From: Octopus vulgaris
Lineage: Eukaryota
Assembly (NCBI GenBank): GCA_951406725.2
Contig: OX597830.1
Span: 13,454,001 to 13,518,000 of the forward strand
Length of the DNA stretch: 64,000 nucleotides
Reading direction: 5' to 3'
This document shows, piece by piece, positions 1 to 12,570 of the stretch; the stretch's first letter is position 1; the number at the start of each line of letters is the position of its first letter. Below the pieces are notes generated by a model. It searched no databases. It saw nothing but the letters and a program-made list of their open reading frames with translations, and was not told the origin of the DNA. A program made the position numbers and the translations under genes.

Positions 1-723
1 TCTCAACTACAACTTTAATCTTTATGCTCTCCATTAAATCCATATACTATCAAAACTCTGTGATTGCTTGCTTGTGTTCGTGCTTGTGTGTAATTGAATA
101 CAGCCAAACCAGCTCATAATGGGAAAATACTCTGAAAGCGAGGTACCCCTGAAATGTGAATACAAACGGAATAAAACAAGTTTCATGTAAATCGGACCAC
201 AGATTCCAGAGATATGCGGTTTTTTGGAGTACCTTCATAAATAGCTAAAATAGCACATAATGGGAAAATACTCTAAAAGTAACATAACCCCGAAATGGGA
301 ATATATAATAATGTGAAAATTGTTTCCATTAATTTTATGTTTGTATTACATAACAATTCCTTTTACATTTTTGTAGAAGTATGCATATAATTAGATATTG
401 TTACTGGAGTTCAGGTTTATCCCGGAAGTTCTATTCCTGTTAGATGCTGTAAATAATCAATAAAACTTTAAACATGAACTTGTAAACCAGACCTATGAGG
501 ACTGGAACAAATCGAAATATTTAACTGAATCATCATAAAATTAACTTTCATTTCAATGCAATGTTGAAATCAGCTTCAACGTTTTATAACCTGAACAGTC
601 AGTGACCCAACGTGTCACGGGCAGAATAGTTTCTATTTAAATATGTGTGAAAAGGCATGTATGTATATGCATATGTATGTGTTTATATATTATATATTAT
701 ATGTATTATATATATCTTCACTC

Positions 724-1133
724 ACTTTTACTCTTTTACTTGTTTCAGTCAGTTGACTGTGGCCATGCTAGAGCACCGCCTTTTAGTCGAGCAAATCGAC
801 CCCAGGAGTTATTCTTTGTAAGCCTAGTACTTATTCTATCGGTCTCTTTCGCCGAACCGCTAATTTATGGGGACGTAAACACACCAGCATCGGTTGTCAA
901 GCGATGTTGGAGGAGGGGGACAAACACAGACACACAAACAAACATACACACACACACACACACATATACATATATACGACGGGCTTCTTTCAGTTTCCGT
1001 TTACCAAATCCATTCACAAGGCTTTGGTCGGCCCGAGGCCATAGTAGAAGACACTTGCCCAAGATGCCACGCAGTGGGACTGAACCCAGAACCATGTGGT
1101 TGGTAAGCAAGCTACTTATCACACAGCCACTCC
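724..1133 (-). mobile_element. tRNA-derived SINE family B with internal (CA)n/(TA)n tract
   Basis: Minus strand reads GGAGTGGCTGTGTG (A box), GGTTCAGTCCC (B box), CTTGGGCAAGTG, microsatellite, then an AAGAGTA-type tail. More than ten related copies occur in the window. Confidence 0.88.
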
Positions 1134-1142
1134 TACGCCTAT

Positions 1143-1209
<67 letters not shown>

Positions 1210-1227
1210 ATATCTATCTATCTATCT

Positions 1228-1392
1228 AGCCATTCTTTATTTTCTCTCCTTGTTTGTTTCTGTGTTCCTTTCTGTGGAAGAGCGTAAGCTCGAAACGTTA
1301 AAGACTTTTTCATATCCCGAGCGTTAAACTAATACATCTCATTATTGTCTACACCACCTGTCTTCGTCTTTTGTTTTTTTTGTGAATTTTTC

Positions 1393-1395
<3 letters not shown>
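1228..1395 (+). mobile_element. Short microsatellite-embedded repeat with minimal hammerhead-like motif (second copy 19030-19225, minus strand)
   Basis: CTTT-CTGTGGA-AGAGC-GTAA-GCTC-GAAAC-GTT-AAAG at 1268-1303; shared TACACCACCTGTCTTCGTCTTTTG segment. Confidence 0.6.
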
Positions 1396-1453
<58 letters not shown>

Positions 1454-2835
1454 TATACGAATATAAATGTGTGTGTGTGTGTGTGTGTCACAAGTATTCC
1501 GTGTTGAAGCTGATATAGTCGTCGATATGACCAAATATATCCCGTACGTCTGTCTACCTACGAGAAAACGCGAGAATAAAGATCATCGGTGTATCTGGCG
1601 AAGAATGCACAAGTGATGTAAATCAAGTTCGTTTAGGCTCGTATTCTTACTTATATCTAATCTATTCCCATCCGTGTTGGCGTGGCTTTCGACACAAACA
1701 CTAACACAAATGCAGACACACTCAGAGACACACACACTCTCGCACATAATACACGCATACACTCACACAGTATGCATACCTATTTGTAAATACATTGTAT
1801 AAAAAATGTCGATCTCTCATGTTGTATTTATATAATCACGTGTGTGTTTACATGCATGCACAATTACATTAGAAGCATTGCTTAAAACAAAAGCGGAAAA
1901 TTATTGCTGAAAACATACTTAAATTATTAAATTTATTTGGTTGATCCCCTTTACGTCGCCTTCTGATTTTTCATCTCCTGCTGTGCATTTCGTGAGACGG
2001 TTATATACGCGGACTTAAAAAACCATTGAAGTGAAATTAAAGCGGGCGTCTCAGTACTTTCACCTCATTGGTTAATGCATGTCACGTGTGTCTTGCACAT
2101 ATTTTTAAATATATCATATCAAGCTAGGACAACACAAAATAAAGATAACGTAGATAATTCACGATTACTATTTAAATAGAGAATTCAAAGGAAGTAATTG
2201 AGGTTGAAAATCGAAATTATTTTTTAATAATTTCGAAAGTAATTTAGTTATTTCAAGGGAAGTAACTGGGGTTAAAAAATTTAAAATATTATAGGGAATT
2301 GTTATAAAGATGGAACTTAAATCTTACCATATACAGTGGTAATGAATTTAAATTAATATTGACATGATCAAAATGGAGTAAATTAAAAGGGAGATAACTT
2401 AAATATCACCGTTATTTCTAATGTCATGTTTTCTTTTTGCAACTGCTCTAATTCTCCATGTACATCCACATATCTCTTTCGGGGTGGGGTGGGGGGACAA
2501 TAATCTATGTGACCTGGTCAGGAGTTCCTATGTCCATAAGCATACCCAATCTTGAACCGCCATTTGCTCACTCTTTCCCCGATGAAATTTAATTCTGCAG
2601 TTTGTTATAGTCTGCGAAGCTTTTTTCCAAGGAATATAATGCTCTTAGCTTAGTTTTTCCTTGGGGCTGGCCAGATTACAGCAATCAGTCAAGATTAATC
2701 AGCCGAAATTGCGAGGATGATCCGGTTCTTGACTGAAGATTAAAGGTTTCGAATGACCCGTCCGTGTTTTTTGTATCGTCTTCTGGATGTTTTGCGTTCT
2801 TGTCCCATTTTGTATATCTCTCTTTCTCTTTTTTC

Positions 2836-3142
2836 TCTCTTTTACTTGTTTCAGTCATTTGACTGCGGCCATGCTGGAGCACCGCCTTTAGTCGAGCAAA
2901 TCGACCCCGGGACTTATTCTTTGTAAGCCCAGTACTTATTCTATCGGTCTCTTTTGCCGAACCGCTAAGTGACAGGGACGTAAAGACACCTGCATCGGTT
3001 GTCAAGCAATGCTAGGGGGACAAACACAGACGCACAAACACACACACACACACACGCATATACATATATATACATATATACGACAGGCTTCTTTCAGTTT
3101 CCGTCTACCAAATCCACTCACAAGGCATTGGTCAGCCCGGGT
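2836..3142 (-). mobile_element. SINE family B, 5'-truncated
   Basis: Highly similar to 724-1030. Confidence 0.85.
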
Positions 3143-3147
3143 TTGAC

Positions 3148-3185
<38 letters not shown>

Positions 3186-3439
3186 AATAAAATGAGACAA
3201 CAAAACGAAGTGTGTGTGGAATTTATAGGATATTTATCAAGAGAAAAGTTGTCTTACAGCTGTTTCTGGGATATTAGGAACATCCCTTCATCAGAGTTCA
3301 ATATGAACGAGTTAACTGGAGGGAAATAGTAGAGTTCAATATAAGGAGTTATTTTGGAAAAGGATGGATATCGAACTTCTCGTAGCATTTACATAACCTT
3401 GCTAGCAGTCTTGGGTCTTCTGGATATCAATACCTCTCA

Positions 3440-3522
<83 letters not shown>

Positions 3523-4446
3523 AATGTAAAGGAGTAGAGATCTGAAATCCGGACAAATCCCTTATTAGCATTCTGATGAAATCCAGACTTGGCTAACCAC
3601 ATAGGAAGATACAGAACATTGAGAATCATTTAAAATAAACAATTAAACTGTTCCCCTTTCGATTTGTTCGCCCACAGTTCGCTTCAATGGATTTCTTGAA
3701 TATAGTTAAAACATGAAAATGAAGAATGAAGAATAATACATCTTCAAAATTAATTTTCCTCATTACATTCTGATGGCTTTTGATATAATAGTTTTGTGCA
3801 TGTTGTTGATTTACATTAAATCAATTATAGTACACGATCAAACCTGAAGGTAGACACTCCTATACAGCTTAAATCGAGGTGTTTCATACGGATGGGGGAA
3901 GCGAACTGAATATCAAACAGCTTATAGGTCAATACAGTGTCCTACCCGTGTTAGTAGTGCTGTTCAATCACTTTTAAAGTTGTCTCTACAGCTTTTCTAT
4001 AGAAACTAGAGCCAGCACTGAAAGTTGTCGTTTGTACTTATTCTTAGATGAGCCTGATAGTGCAAACCTATAATAAAAAGCATTCTAGCCATGACCATCC
4101 CGTCTTTTCAAACATAGTTTATGTTATATTACAGTATCTAATATATCCTTCGCTTATTTGAAACTATGTTATTTGTGATAGCTTAGACTGTCATTGCAAG
4201 CAAGCCAAGCAACCACGTTGTGGGTTCCTCGTTAGCTCCAAAAGTCAAGGATTTAGTATGTAGGTATGTCGATCAGAGATACAATTTGGTGAGAAGAATA
4301 TCACACTTACGGATAGATGGAAAGCAATAACCAATCCATAGCACACCGAGTTTTTAGATTCTCCTCTAAGTGATCTCTCGCTTAATTCTCATTTTTTTTT
4401 ATATAACTGCTAAGCTCCTTGGAACGACTACATTATATTGGAGTAT

Positions 4447-4837
4447 GGATAGAAGCACTCCGTCGGTTACGACGATGAAGGTTCCGGTTGATCCGAATCA
4501 ACGGAACAGCCTGCTCGTGAAATTAACGTGTAAGTGGTTGAGCACTCCACAGACACGTGCACCCTTAACGTAGTTCTCGGGGATATTCAGCGTGACACAG
4601 AGAGTGACAAGGCCGGCCCCTTGAAATACAGGTACAACAGAAACAGGAAGTAAGAGTGAGAGAAAGTTGTGGTGAAAGAGTACAGCAGGGATCACCACCA
4701 TCCCCTGCCGGACTCTCGTGGAGCTTTTAGGTGTTTTCGCTCAATAAACACTCACAACGCCCGGTCCGGGAATCGAAACCGCGAGCCTATGACCGTGAGT
4801 CCGCTGCCCTAACCACTGGGCCATTGCACCTCCACAC
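4447..4837 (-). mobile_element. tRNA-derived SINE family C with TSD
   Basis: Minus-strand head TGGCCCAGTGGTTAGGGCAGCGGAC...GGTTTCGATTCC. 10-bp TSD ATTGGAGTAT at 4437-4446 and 4838-4847. Confidence 0.88.
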
Positions 4838-5121
4838 ATTGGAGTATAAAGAAAGCAAAAAAAAAAATAAAAAAAAAATAAAGAAAAATTGCGAATGAGA
4901 GTTGTCGGTCTTCTCAATGAAGCGTTTTAGCAGAGTTCAATGAATTACATGAAAATGAATTGTAATAATCTTTATAGAATGGTACATATTAACAATATTA
5001 TAGTTTGAAAAACACAAACAATGTTAGAGTAAACTAGTGGTGATAATTTACTACTAATTTATATTTATGGTAGGAATGTAGACAAGGATAACTGACAAAT
5101 TTATTACTGTCTCATATATAT

Positions 5122-5313
5122 TCGAGCGGGTGCTGAAAAGTTCAGGCGGATCAGTTAATTATGATTTTATTCAACATATTCCCCTCTTAGATTCACACAC
5201 TTATTGCAGTGGTCCTTCAGTTTTTCTAAGCCCTGCAAAAGAACTCGGAAGGTTTGTCCTCGAACCAGACCTCTTGCGACACCCTTAAAGCCAGGAACAT
5301 TTTACTCGTCTTC
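5122..5313. mobile_element. Possible mariner-derived MITE remnant
   Basis: CGAGCGGGTGCTGAAAAGTTC start and degenerate inverse end, between TA runs. Confidence 0.4.
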
Positions 5314-5729
5314 ATATATATATATATATATATATATATAACTGTATAATAATATATTATTCTCCTATTTGAAGCGACAAGCAAATGATTAAAAAACGAT
5401 GAGCTAACCCCAGTCAGAATCCAACCCACAAATTAGCATGGGTCCTCGCTAACAGGGGTCCTTGCGCACCCGATTGGGCCAAAAGCTCCCCCATTAATTT
5501 CAGCCAAATGTAGTTAATATATACTTAAACTGCCTAATACTAAATATAATATTTGTAGACAAACGCGGAAGGCTTTGTAAGTTATGGAGAGAAGCTACTA
5601 TGGAAGACTCATTTGTTTGTATTTGTAAATTGTCGCTTTAGATCGGAGAATAAAATATTATTATATGTATTATGAGCCTTCCGTGGTAGCTTTCTCTCCG
5701 TAACTTTAATAGCAAATCACAATAGTTGT

Positions 5730-6088
5730 CGGGCGAAATGCTTTGCGGTATTTCGTCTGCCGCTACGTTCTGAGTTAAAATTCCGCCGAGGTCGACTTTG
5801 TCTTTCATCCTTTCGAGGTCAATTAAATAAGTACCAGTTACTCACTGGGGTCGATATAATTGACTTAATCCGTTTGTCTGTCCTTGTTTAGCCCCTTGTG
5901 GGTAGTAAAGAAATAAGTATTTCGTCTGTCTTTACATTCGGAGTTTAAATTCCGCCGAGGTCAACTTTGCTTTTCATCCTTTCGGGGTCGATAAATTAAA
6001 TACTAGTTGCGTACTGGGGTCAATCTAATCGACTGTCCCAACTCTTCCCCTCAAATTTTAGGCCTTGTGCCCAGGTTAGAAAAAAATA
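5730..6088 (+). mobile_element. SINE family A dimer: tail-A copy nested in a tail-B copy
   Basis: Two successive bodies (B-box-like GAGTTxAAATTCC, GCCTTTCATCCTTTCGGGGTCGATAAAT-type core). GTATTTCGTCTG duplicated at 5748-5759 and 5917-5928. Confidence 0.85.
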
Positions 6089-6539
6089 TTTGCTTCTGCA
6101 CCAGACACCAGCTTCTTCAAGTTGCTGAGTTTACATTTATATATCCTTATATAAGATTATTTTTAAGAATTACTACAAAATAAAATATTTTTTAGCAACA
6201 TCTGTTTTTGGATGCTTCCTCGGGTTTGATGCGATCATTTTTGCTGAAAAATATTCAATTTAAATAGTAATTCTAAAGAATTATATGTAATGTAGATAAA
6301 TGTAAACTCAGCAACTTAAAGCTGGTGTCTGGTGCAGAAAGAAATGTTGTGAGTTGCTATTAAAACCATCTTATGTTCTTAATAGTGCTATACAATAGTG
6401 GAGCTCCACGTGTTTATCCAGCCTTGTAAAATATCCAGTTGTAGAGTGACACGTGGTAGCCAATAATGATATAAGGAGCTCTCAATTGTACGTTACGAGG
6501 TTATTAACCGAATTATAGCATACTACACACACACACACG

Positions 6540-6580
<41 letters not shown>

Positions 6581-6602
6581 TTAAACACGCATGCATATAT
6601 AC

Positions 6603-6788
<186 letters not shown>

Positions 6789-6789
6789 T

Positions 6790-7026
6790 GTGAAGGCGCA
6801 ATGGCCCAGTGGTTAGGGCAGCGGACTCGCGGTCGCAGGATCATTGTGAGTGTTTATTGAGGAAAAACACCTAAAAGCTCCACGAGGCTCCGGCAGGTGG
6901 TGGTGATCCCTGCTGTACTCTTTCACCACTCTTTCTCCCACTCTTTCTTCTGTTGGCTAAAACAATGCGAACGCATTATGACCAGCGATGTGTAACAACA
7001 TCTGATGGTCTGGTTGGTCACGTGAT

Positions 7027-7033
<7 letters not shown>
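6790..7033 (+). mobile_element. SINE family C, internally deleted, different tail, in (TA)n
   Basis: Same head and AAAACACCTAAAAGCTCCACGAGGCTCCGGCAGG body. Confidence 0.8.
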
Positions 7034-7063
<30 letters not shown>

Positions 7064-7509
7064 ACATGTGTGTGTGTGTGTGTGTGTGCATGTAAATATA
7101 TATATATGTATGTGTGTGTGTGTAAAGGTCATGGCTGTGAGGATACCGAATGCCAATGATATTCCAGATCGGTTTGGCCACAGAAAGAGTAGAACCGTAG
7201 AAAATGACATAATTAACTTCGCAACATAAAAAAAAATATTTTTTTCACCATCATTGGTCACCAGGAAAAAGGAACTGTAAAAGTTAACGACTGGAATTGA
7301 AACAGCTATTGTGATTAAGACGTTGTTTAGCAACTATATCTTCTGTATAATTAAATCCAAATATCAGATGATTCTGATATTTGAGTTAAACTAAGTTTCT
7401 TGCTATGAATATTTTCACAAATCAACAACGGTTCATGCCATGGCAGTGAAAAAAAAAGAAGTCAAATCGAAAATGAGCCTCATATGTTTCTCTGATTTAG
7501 ATTATGAAT

Positions 7510-8003
7510 ATTGGCTTCAAAGTTTGGCCACAAAGCCAGCAATTTCGGGGGGAAGGGTTTAGTCGCTTACATCGACCCCAAGTGCTCAACTGGTACTTAT
7601 TTTATCGTCCTCCGTAAGGATGAAAGGCAAAGTCAACCTCAGCAGAATTTGAACTCAAAACATATAGACAGACGAAATGCTGCTGAGCATTTTGCCCAGC
7701 GTGCTAACAATTCTGCCAGCTCACCACCTTAACGATAATAATAATAATAATTATTTCTATTAATGGAACAAGGCCTAAAATTTTGTGGATAATAATAATA
7801 AAATAATGGTGGTTCCAAATTTTGCCACAAGGGCAGCAATTTGGGGAAGGGGATGAGTCGATTACATCAACCCCAGTGTTCAACCCAGAAATAATGAAAT
7901 GTAAAGTTGACCTTGACAGAATTTGAACTCAGAACATATAGACAGACGAAATGCTGCTGAGCATTTTGCAAAGCGTGCTAACGATTCTGCCAGCTATTCG
8001 CTT
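7510..8003 (-). mobile_element. Two diverged SINE family A copies (tail-B-like) around (AAT)n
   Basis: Reverse complement of the family A head and core at ~7510-7730 and ~7815-8003. Confidence 0.8.
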
Positions 8004-8909
8004 CAATTTGGATTATAAATATTATTCTAAAAAAAAATATTAAAACGATAGAATTTCTCTGATTCTCTATTACTGTTCTGGTTATCAAGACTAAAGCTTG
8101 ATGACACAATCATGTTCTTTTAAGAATTTAAGAAGAACTATGCAACCAATCAACTCTGGACATTTATACCCAATCAAACTCTCGTTATTACGAGAGAAGA
8201 AAAAAGCTTTTCAATTTAAAAAGGACTCCAAAATACAGACTATGCACGTTGGTGTTAAATACTGTTAGCATTGAACATATTATTGCTATTGATCGGCATC
8301 AAATACTGCATATTGGTTTATTGGTTTTTGATGTTGATGAAGAAGTTTTTAGTGTAAGTGATGCTGATAATATTGATGATGCTCATTTCTGTTCAAGAGT
8401 TAATGTTAATTGTATTATGTACAGTTTGTTAATAAAGTATAATTAATAACTGCTAATTACTTAAGGACAGTTAATAACTGTTAATATTTCCAGCGTGGTC
8501 AATAACGGCTAATTAATAAAGCTTAATTATTGCAGAACAATCAGCATCCGCTCATTATTTCAATATTACTGTAATGGCTGTTGTAAAGTACGCCATATTA
8601 ATACATCAACAAAGCGTTGAAAATATCATCCAAATACTACAGTGAATTGGTCGACTGAAGAAATCCTTTCTATGTCCACTACAGAAATATAAAAGTACTG
8701 AACACCTCATAAAAGCACATCCTAACCTGTTTATTTCTCCACTATTCTTTACGTGTATCCTGTATTATTTAAAGTAAAAGGATCAACGTTCTCTTTGAGC
8801 AGTTGCCAGTCGACCATTGCAAGTAAAAACATGTGCAGAAAGAATTCCAGACGGTCAAAGTTCTGAAGACGAAGGCGATTTGTGCGGTATCTTGATTTAA
8901 TATTCAATT

Positions 8910-9137
8910 CTTTATCGCTGACAAGGGGCTAAACATAGAGGGGACAATCAAGGACAGAGAAAGGGACTAAGTCGATTACATCGATCACAGTACGTAACTG
9001 GTACTTATTTAATCGAGCTCGAAAGGATGAAAGGCAAAGTCGACCTCAGCGGAATTTGAACTCAGAACGTAGTGGCAGACAAAATACTGCTAAGCATTTC
9101 GCCCGGCGTGCTAACGATTCTGCCAGCTCGCCGCCTT
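8910..9137 (-). mobile_element. SINE family A, tail A, full length
   Basis: Reverse complement of AAGGCGGCGAGCTGGCAG head through TTTAGCCCCTTGT tail. Confidence 0.85.
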
Positions 9138-9707
9138 TAGGAGAGACACGCGTGGCAACTTAGCGTGGGTCGATGACACAAAACCAGTGAGATCCAGAGG
9201 GCCATTGTAGTAACGAAAGAAGGACAATTAACGGAGACAGTATATTTTTGGGACCAAAGGTTGGAGGGGGGTATATTAATGAAGTATTTATGCCAGTCAA
9301 TCGAGTATCCCTTCCTTGCTCTAGAATGTGTGTGTAATAGCCAAACACTGGCTAGTTGTAATTGGGCAAACCTATTTATCAAAGCTGTGAACATTCCATC
9401 TTTTGTTCAATATATCCCTTCTGTTTTATTTTTGTTCGACTAGGATGTGTTTTGAGTGAAAATTGACTGTTATTTCTATCAGATCAAGCAACCAAGTACA
9501 AGTTCGTTAGCTTGAATTTTGATGGTGTTCATAAGTTTGGGTGACTTCCACAAGAGCATGGCGGAAGTGACTTACAAGTCAATTTCACCTAATATGGTAT
9601 ACGCCCTTACGATGATTGGGATGGAGATGATGATATGACGCTTGTGGTATGGGTAATGGTAGTGATGGTAGTGATAGTAGTATGCTGGTGGTGGTAGTAT
9701 TACCAAG

Positions 9708-10113
9708 AATTCGTCCGTCTCTTATGTTCTGAGTTCAAATTCCGCCGAGGTCGACTTTGCCTTTCATCCTTTCGGGGTCGATAAATTAAGTACCAGTTAC
9801 GCACTGGGGTCGATATAATCGACTAAATCCGTTTGTCTGTCCTTGTTTGTCCCTTCTGTGGGTTAGCCCCTTGTGGGTAGTAAAGAAATAGGTAGTGATG
9901 GTAGTGACAGTAGTATGCTGGTGGTGGTAGTATTACCAAGAATTCGTCCGTCTCTTATGTTCTGAGTTCAAATTCCACCGAGGCCGACTTTGCCTTTCAT
10001 CCTTTCGGTCGGTGTCAATGAAATAAGTACCAGTGACGTACGGAGGTCTATGAAATCGACTAGACACCCGCCTACAAATTCCTGGCCTTGTGTCTATAGC
10101 AGAAAAGATTATT
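9708..10113 (+). mobile_element. Two 5'-truncated SINE family A copies (tail A, then tail B) with an 86-bp duplication
   Basis: Bodies at ~9708-9890 and ~9941-10113; 9658-9743 is repeated at 9891-9976. Confidence 0.85.
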
Positions 10114-10141
10114 AACACTGGCTGTATGAATAACAGTTGTT

Positions 10142-10570
10142 GGATCTTTTCGGTTTGAACGGCAGTTTTTAACATAATTTCTAGGTAACTAAACACTTTG
10201 AAACTTCGTATACTGGTAGAATGTGTTTATAAAACATCTTTTTCTCTTGGCTTTATTGAGAAAATTCTATAGTTTGTAAGATATTTGTTGTTATTTTCTT
10301 CAATTTCTGCAATTTCAACCAATCAATGACTTCCACTGAGGTAAATAACATTCTGTGTCGTATGAATATGTCCCTCGTTTAAGAAACAGAATGGGTTTAT
10401 TTACATTTCTGAAGAAAAAAAAGATACCTTTCCCCCACCCCTAACCCTAACCCTAACTAACCCTAACCCTAAAACAGATTGAAATGCAATAGATCGATAC
10501 TAGGGTCATAATTATGGGTGACAATTTCATGACACCGCTAGAAAATCAGCCGTTCAAACCGAAAAGCTCC
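10142..10570. mobile_element. MITE with ~22-bp TIRs and 8-bp TSD (Merlin-like), internal (CCCTAA)n
   Basis: TIR GGATCTTTTCGGTTTGAACGGC / GCCGTTCAAACCGAAAAGCTCC. TSD CAGTTGTT at 10134-10141 and 10571-10578. Confidence 0.9.
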
Positions 10571-10864
10571 CAGTTGTTGCTATTTAACCCGTGTCCAAAC
10601 CTCATTAAGCCGATATATGATCAAAGACATTCTAACCTTGACCATTCCATTTTTTTCTTTTATATATTATTACTTCAGACATCTAGGACTTCATTATGAA
10701 AAGTGCTTTATCTTCAAGACGCTATGGGGTAATCTTGGATGAGATTTAGCTGTTATTTCTAGCAGTTTGTGTGATCTCATAAAGACTGCAGCGTGATCTT
10801 GGTTTAGTGGCAGTTGCTGTCATACCACGTTGATATCGGTGCTAGTTACTGTTACATTGTGTTG

Positions 10865-11008
10865 GAGGTCGACTTTGTCTTTCATCCTTTCGGGGTCGAT
10901 AAATGCAGTACCAGTTACGCACAGGGGTCGATATAATCGACTTAATCCGTTTGTCTGTCCTTGTTTGTCCCTTCTGTGTTTAGCCCCTTGTGGGCAGTAA
11001 AGAAATAA
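10865..11008 (+). mobile_element. 5'-truncated SINE family A, tail A
   Basis: Core plus TAGCCCCTTGTGGGCAGTAAAGAAAT tail. Confidence 0.85.
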
Positions 11009-11087
11009 GTATTAATTGTGGTCGTTTATATACATCACTAGTACTATAGTAGCAGGAATAAGTTAGCTGGTATAGCAGCAGCAGCAG

Positions 11088-11128
<41 letters not shown>

Positions 11129-11147
11129 GTAGTAGTAGTAGTAGTAA

Positions 11148-11199
<52 letters not shown>

Positions 11200-11358
11200 T
11201 GTTGTTGTTGCTTGCACCAGTTCAACTTTGAGCAGACCTGTGATGAACTGTAATCATTCTTTCTTAAGGCGATAGAAGGATATTTTAACTGCTGTTTCTA
11301 GCAGGCTTGGGCAATCCCCTCGCTGGCTATGCTGCAGCAGCAGCAGCAGCAGCAAGTT

Positions 11359-11407
<49 letters not shown>

Positions 11408-12241
11408 CGTGGTGGTGTTGGTGGTGTTGTAATTGTTATTGTAACAGCAGCAACAGCAGTAGCAACAGCAGCAGCAAGAGCAAGAGCAGTATCAACAGCA
11501 GCAGCAGCCGTGTAGCAGAAGCAATACAACAGCAATACAAGGCGCTGTCTTTATATAAAATTTCAAACTCCGCGTGAATCTGACTTCAAATTACAAAAGA
11601 CACCCTTCTGGTTCTCTGGGCTCTGATGAGTCATGCTTTTAACGTGTGTAATTAACGCTTCTGTATACGCATATTTATGCCAGCGCACTCTTCCCTCTCT
11701 CCTCCTCTCCTCCTCTCTATCTCTCTCTCTCTCTCTCTCACTCCCTCTCTACCTATCTCTCTATCTCTCTATCTGTCTATCTATACCTTCATATCATTCC
11801 TTGTCACCCTTCCACATCCGTCTTTTAATTTAAGATTTATTGCCTACTACTAATGTCGAGGAGGTGGGGGGGGGGAGAGGGAAATGGTTATAATGTTGAT
11901 TCCAGTTCTGTCGTTGATGAGGATTTTTTTTTTTCAACCCTAGATCAGCTCTATTCCAGTGGATGTGTTTACCAAAAGCCTTCTAGACGTGACCACCATA
12001 CCGTTTTAGAGATATCTTAGACTACATTGTTTAATATATATAATCTTCTTTTTGTTTAATATATAATCACTCTCCCTACGGAGAGTGATTTAAGGGAATT
12101 TGGCTGCTACTTCCAGCATATCTAACAATCATGCAGAGGCTCCGTTGTGGAGTCGTTTCTGATAATGTTGGTTTTTAACGATAAAACCTGATTAATAATA
12201 TTGGTGATGATAATGAATTGTTTAAAAAATTAGGAATTTTG

Positions 12242-12570
12242 TGGTCTGTGTTAAGAAGCTTGCTTCCCAACCACATGATTCCAGGATCAGTCCCACTGCC
12301 TCGCACCTTGGGCAAGCGTCTTCTACTTTAGCCTGGGGCCGACCAAGATCTTTTGAGTGGATCTGGTTGGCGGAAACTGAAAGATGCCAGTCGTGTATAT
12401 ATATATGTATGTGTATGTGTGTGTGAGGGTGTGTGTATATATATATGTGTGTGTGTGTGTATGTGTTGGTCCCTCAACACCACTTAACAAATGGTGTTGG
12501 TGTGTTTATGTTCCCATAACGTAGCTGCTCGGCAGAAGACCGATAAAATAAGTACTAGACTTTGCAAAGA
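12242..12570 (+). mobile_element. SINE family B, diverged
   Basis: Head, CACCTTGGGCAAG, internal microsatellite and partial tail are recognisable. Confidence 0.75.

Noticed and set aside
100-640. Possible Helitron-like element (short internal repeats, weak 3' hairpin near 605-630); similar hints at 2180-2410 and 54000-54200
   Set aside because: Termini are too degenerate to support a call by eye.
647-1327. 226-aa ORF and similar ORFs recurring across the window
   Set aside because: Chance read-through of SINE family B and microsatellites; the same peptides recur wherever the SINE does.
10439-10472. True telomere or chromosome-fusion scar
   Set aside because: Only a few units, internal to a TSD-flanked MITE that is present twice.
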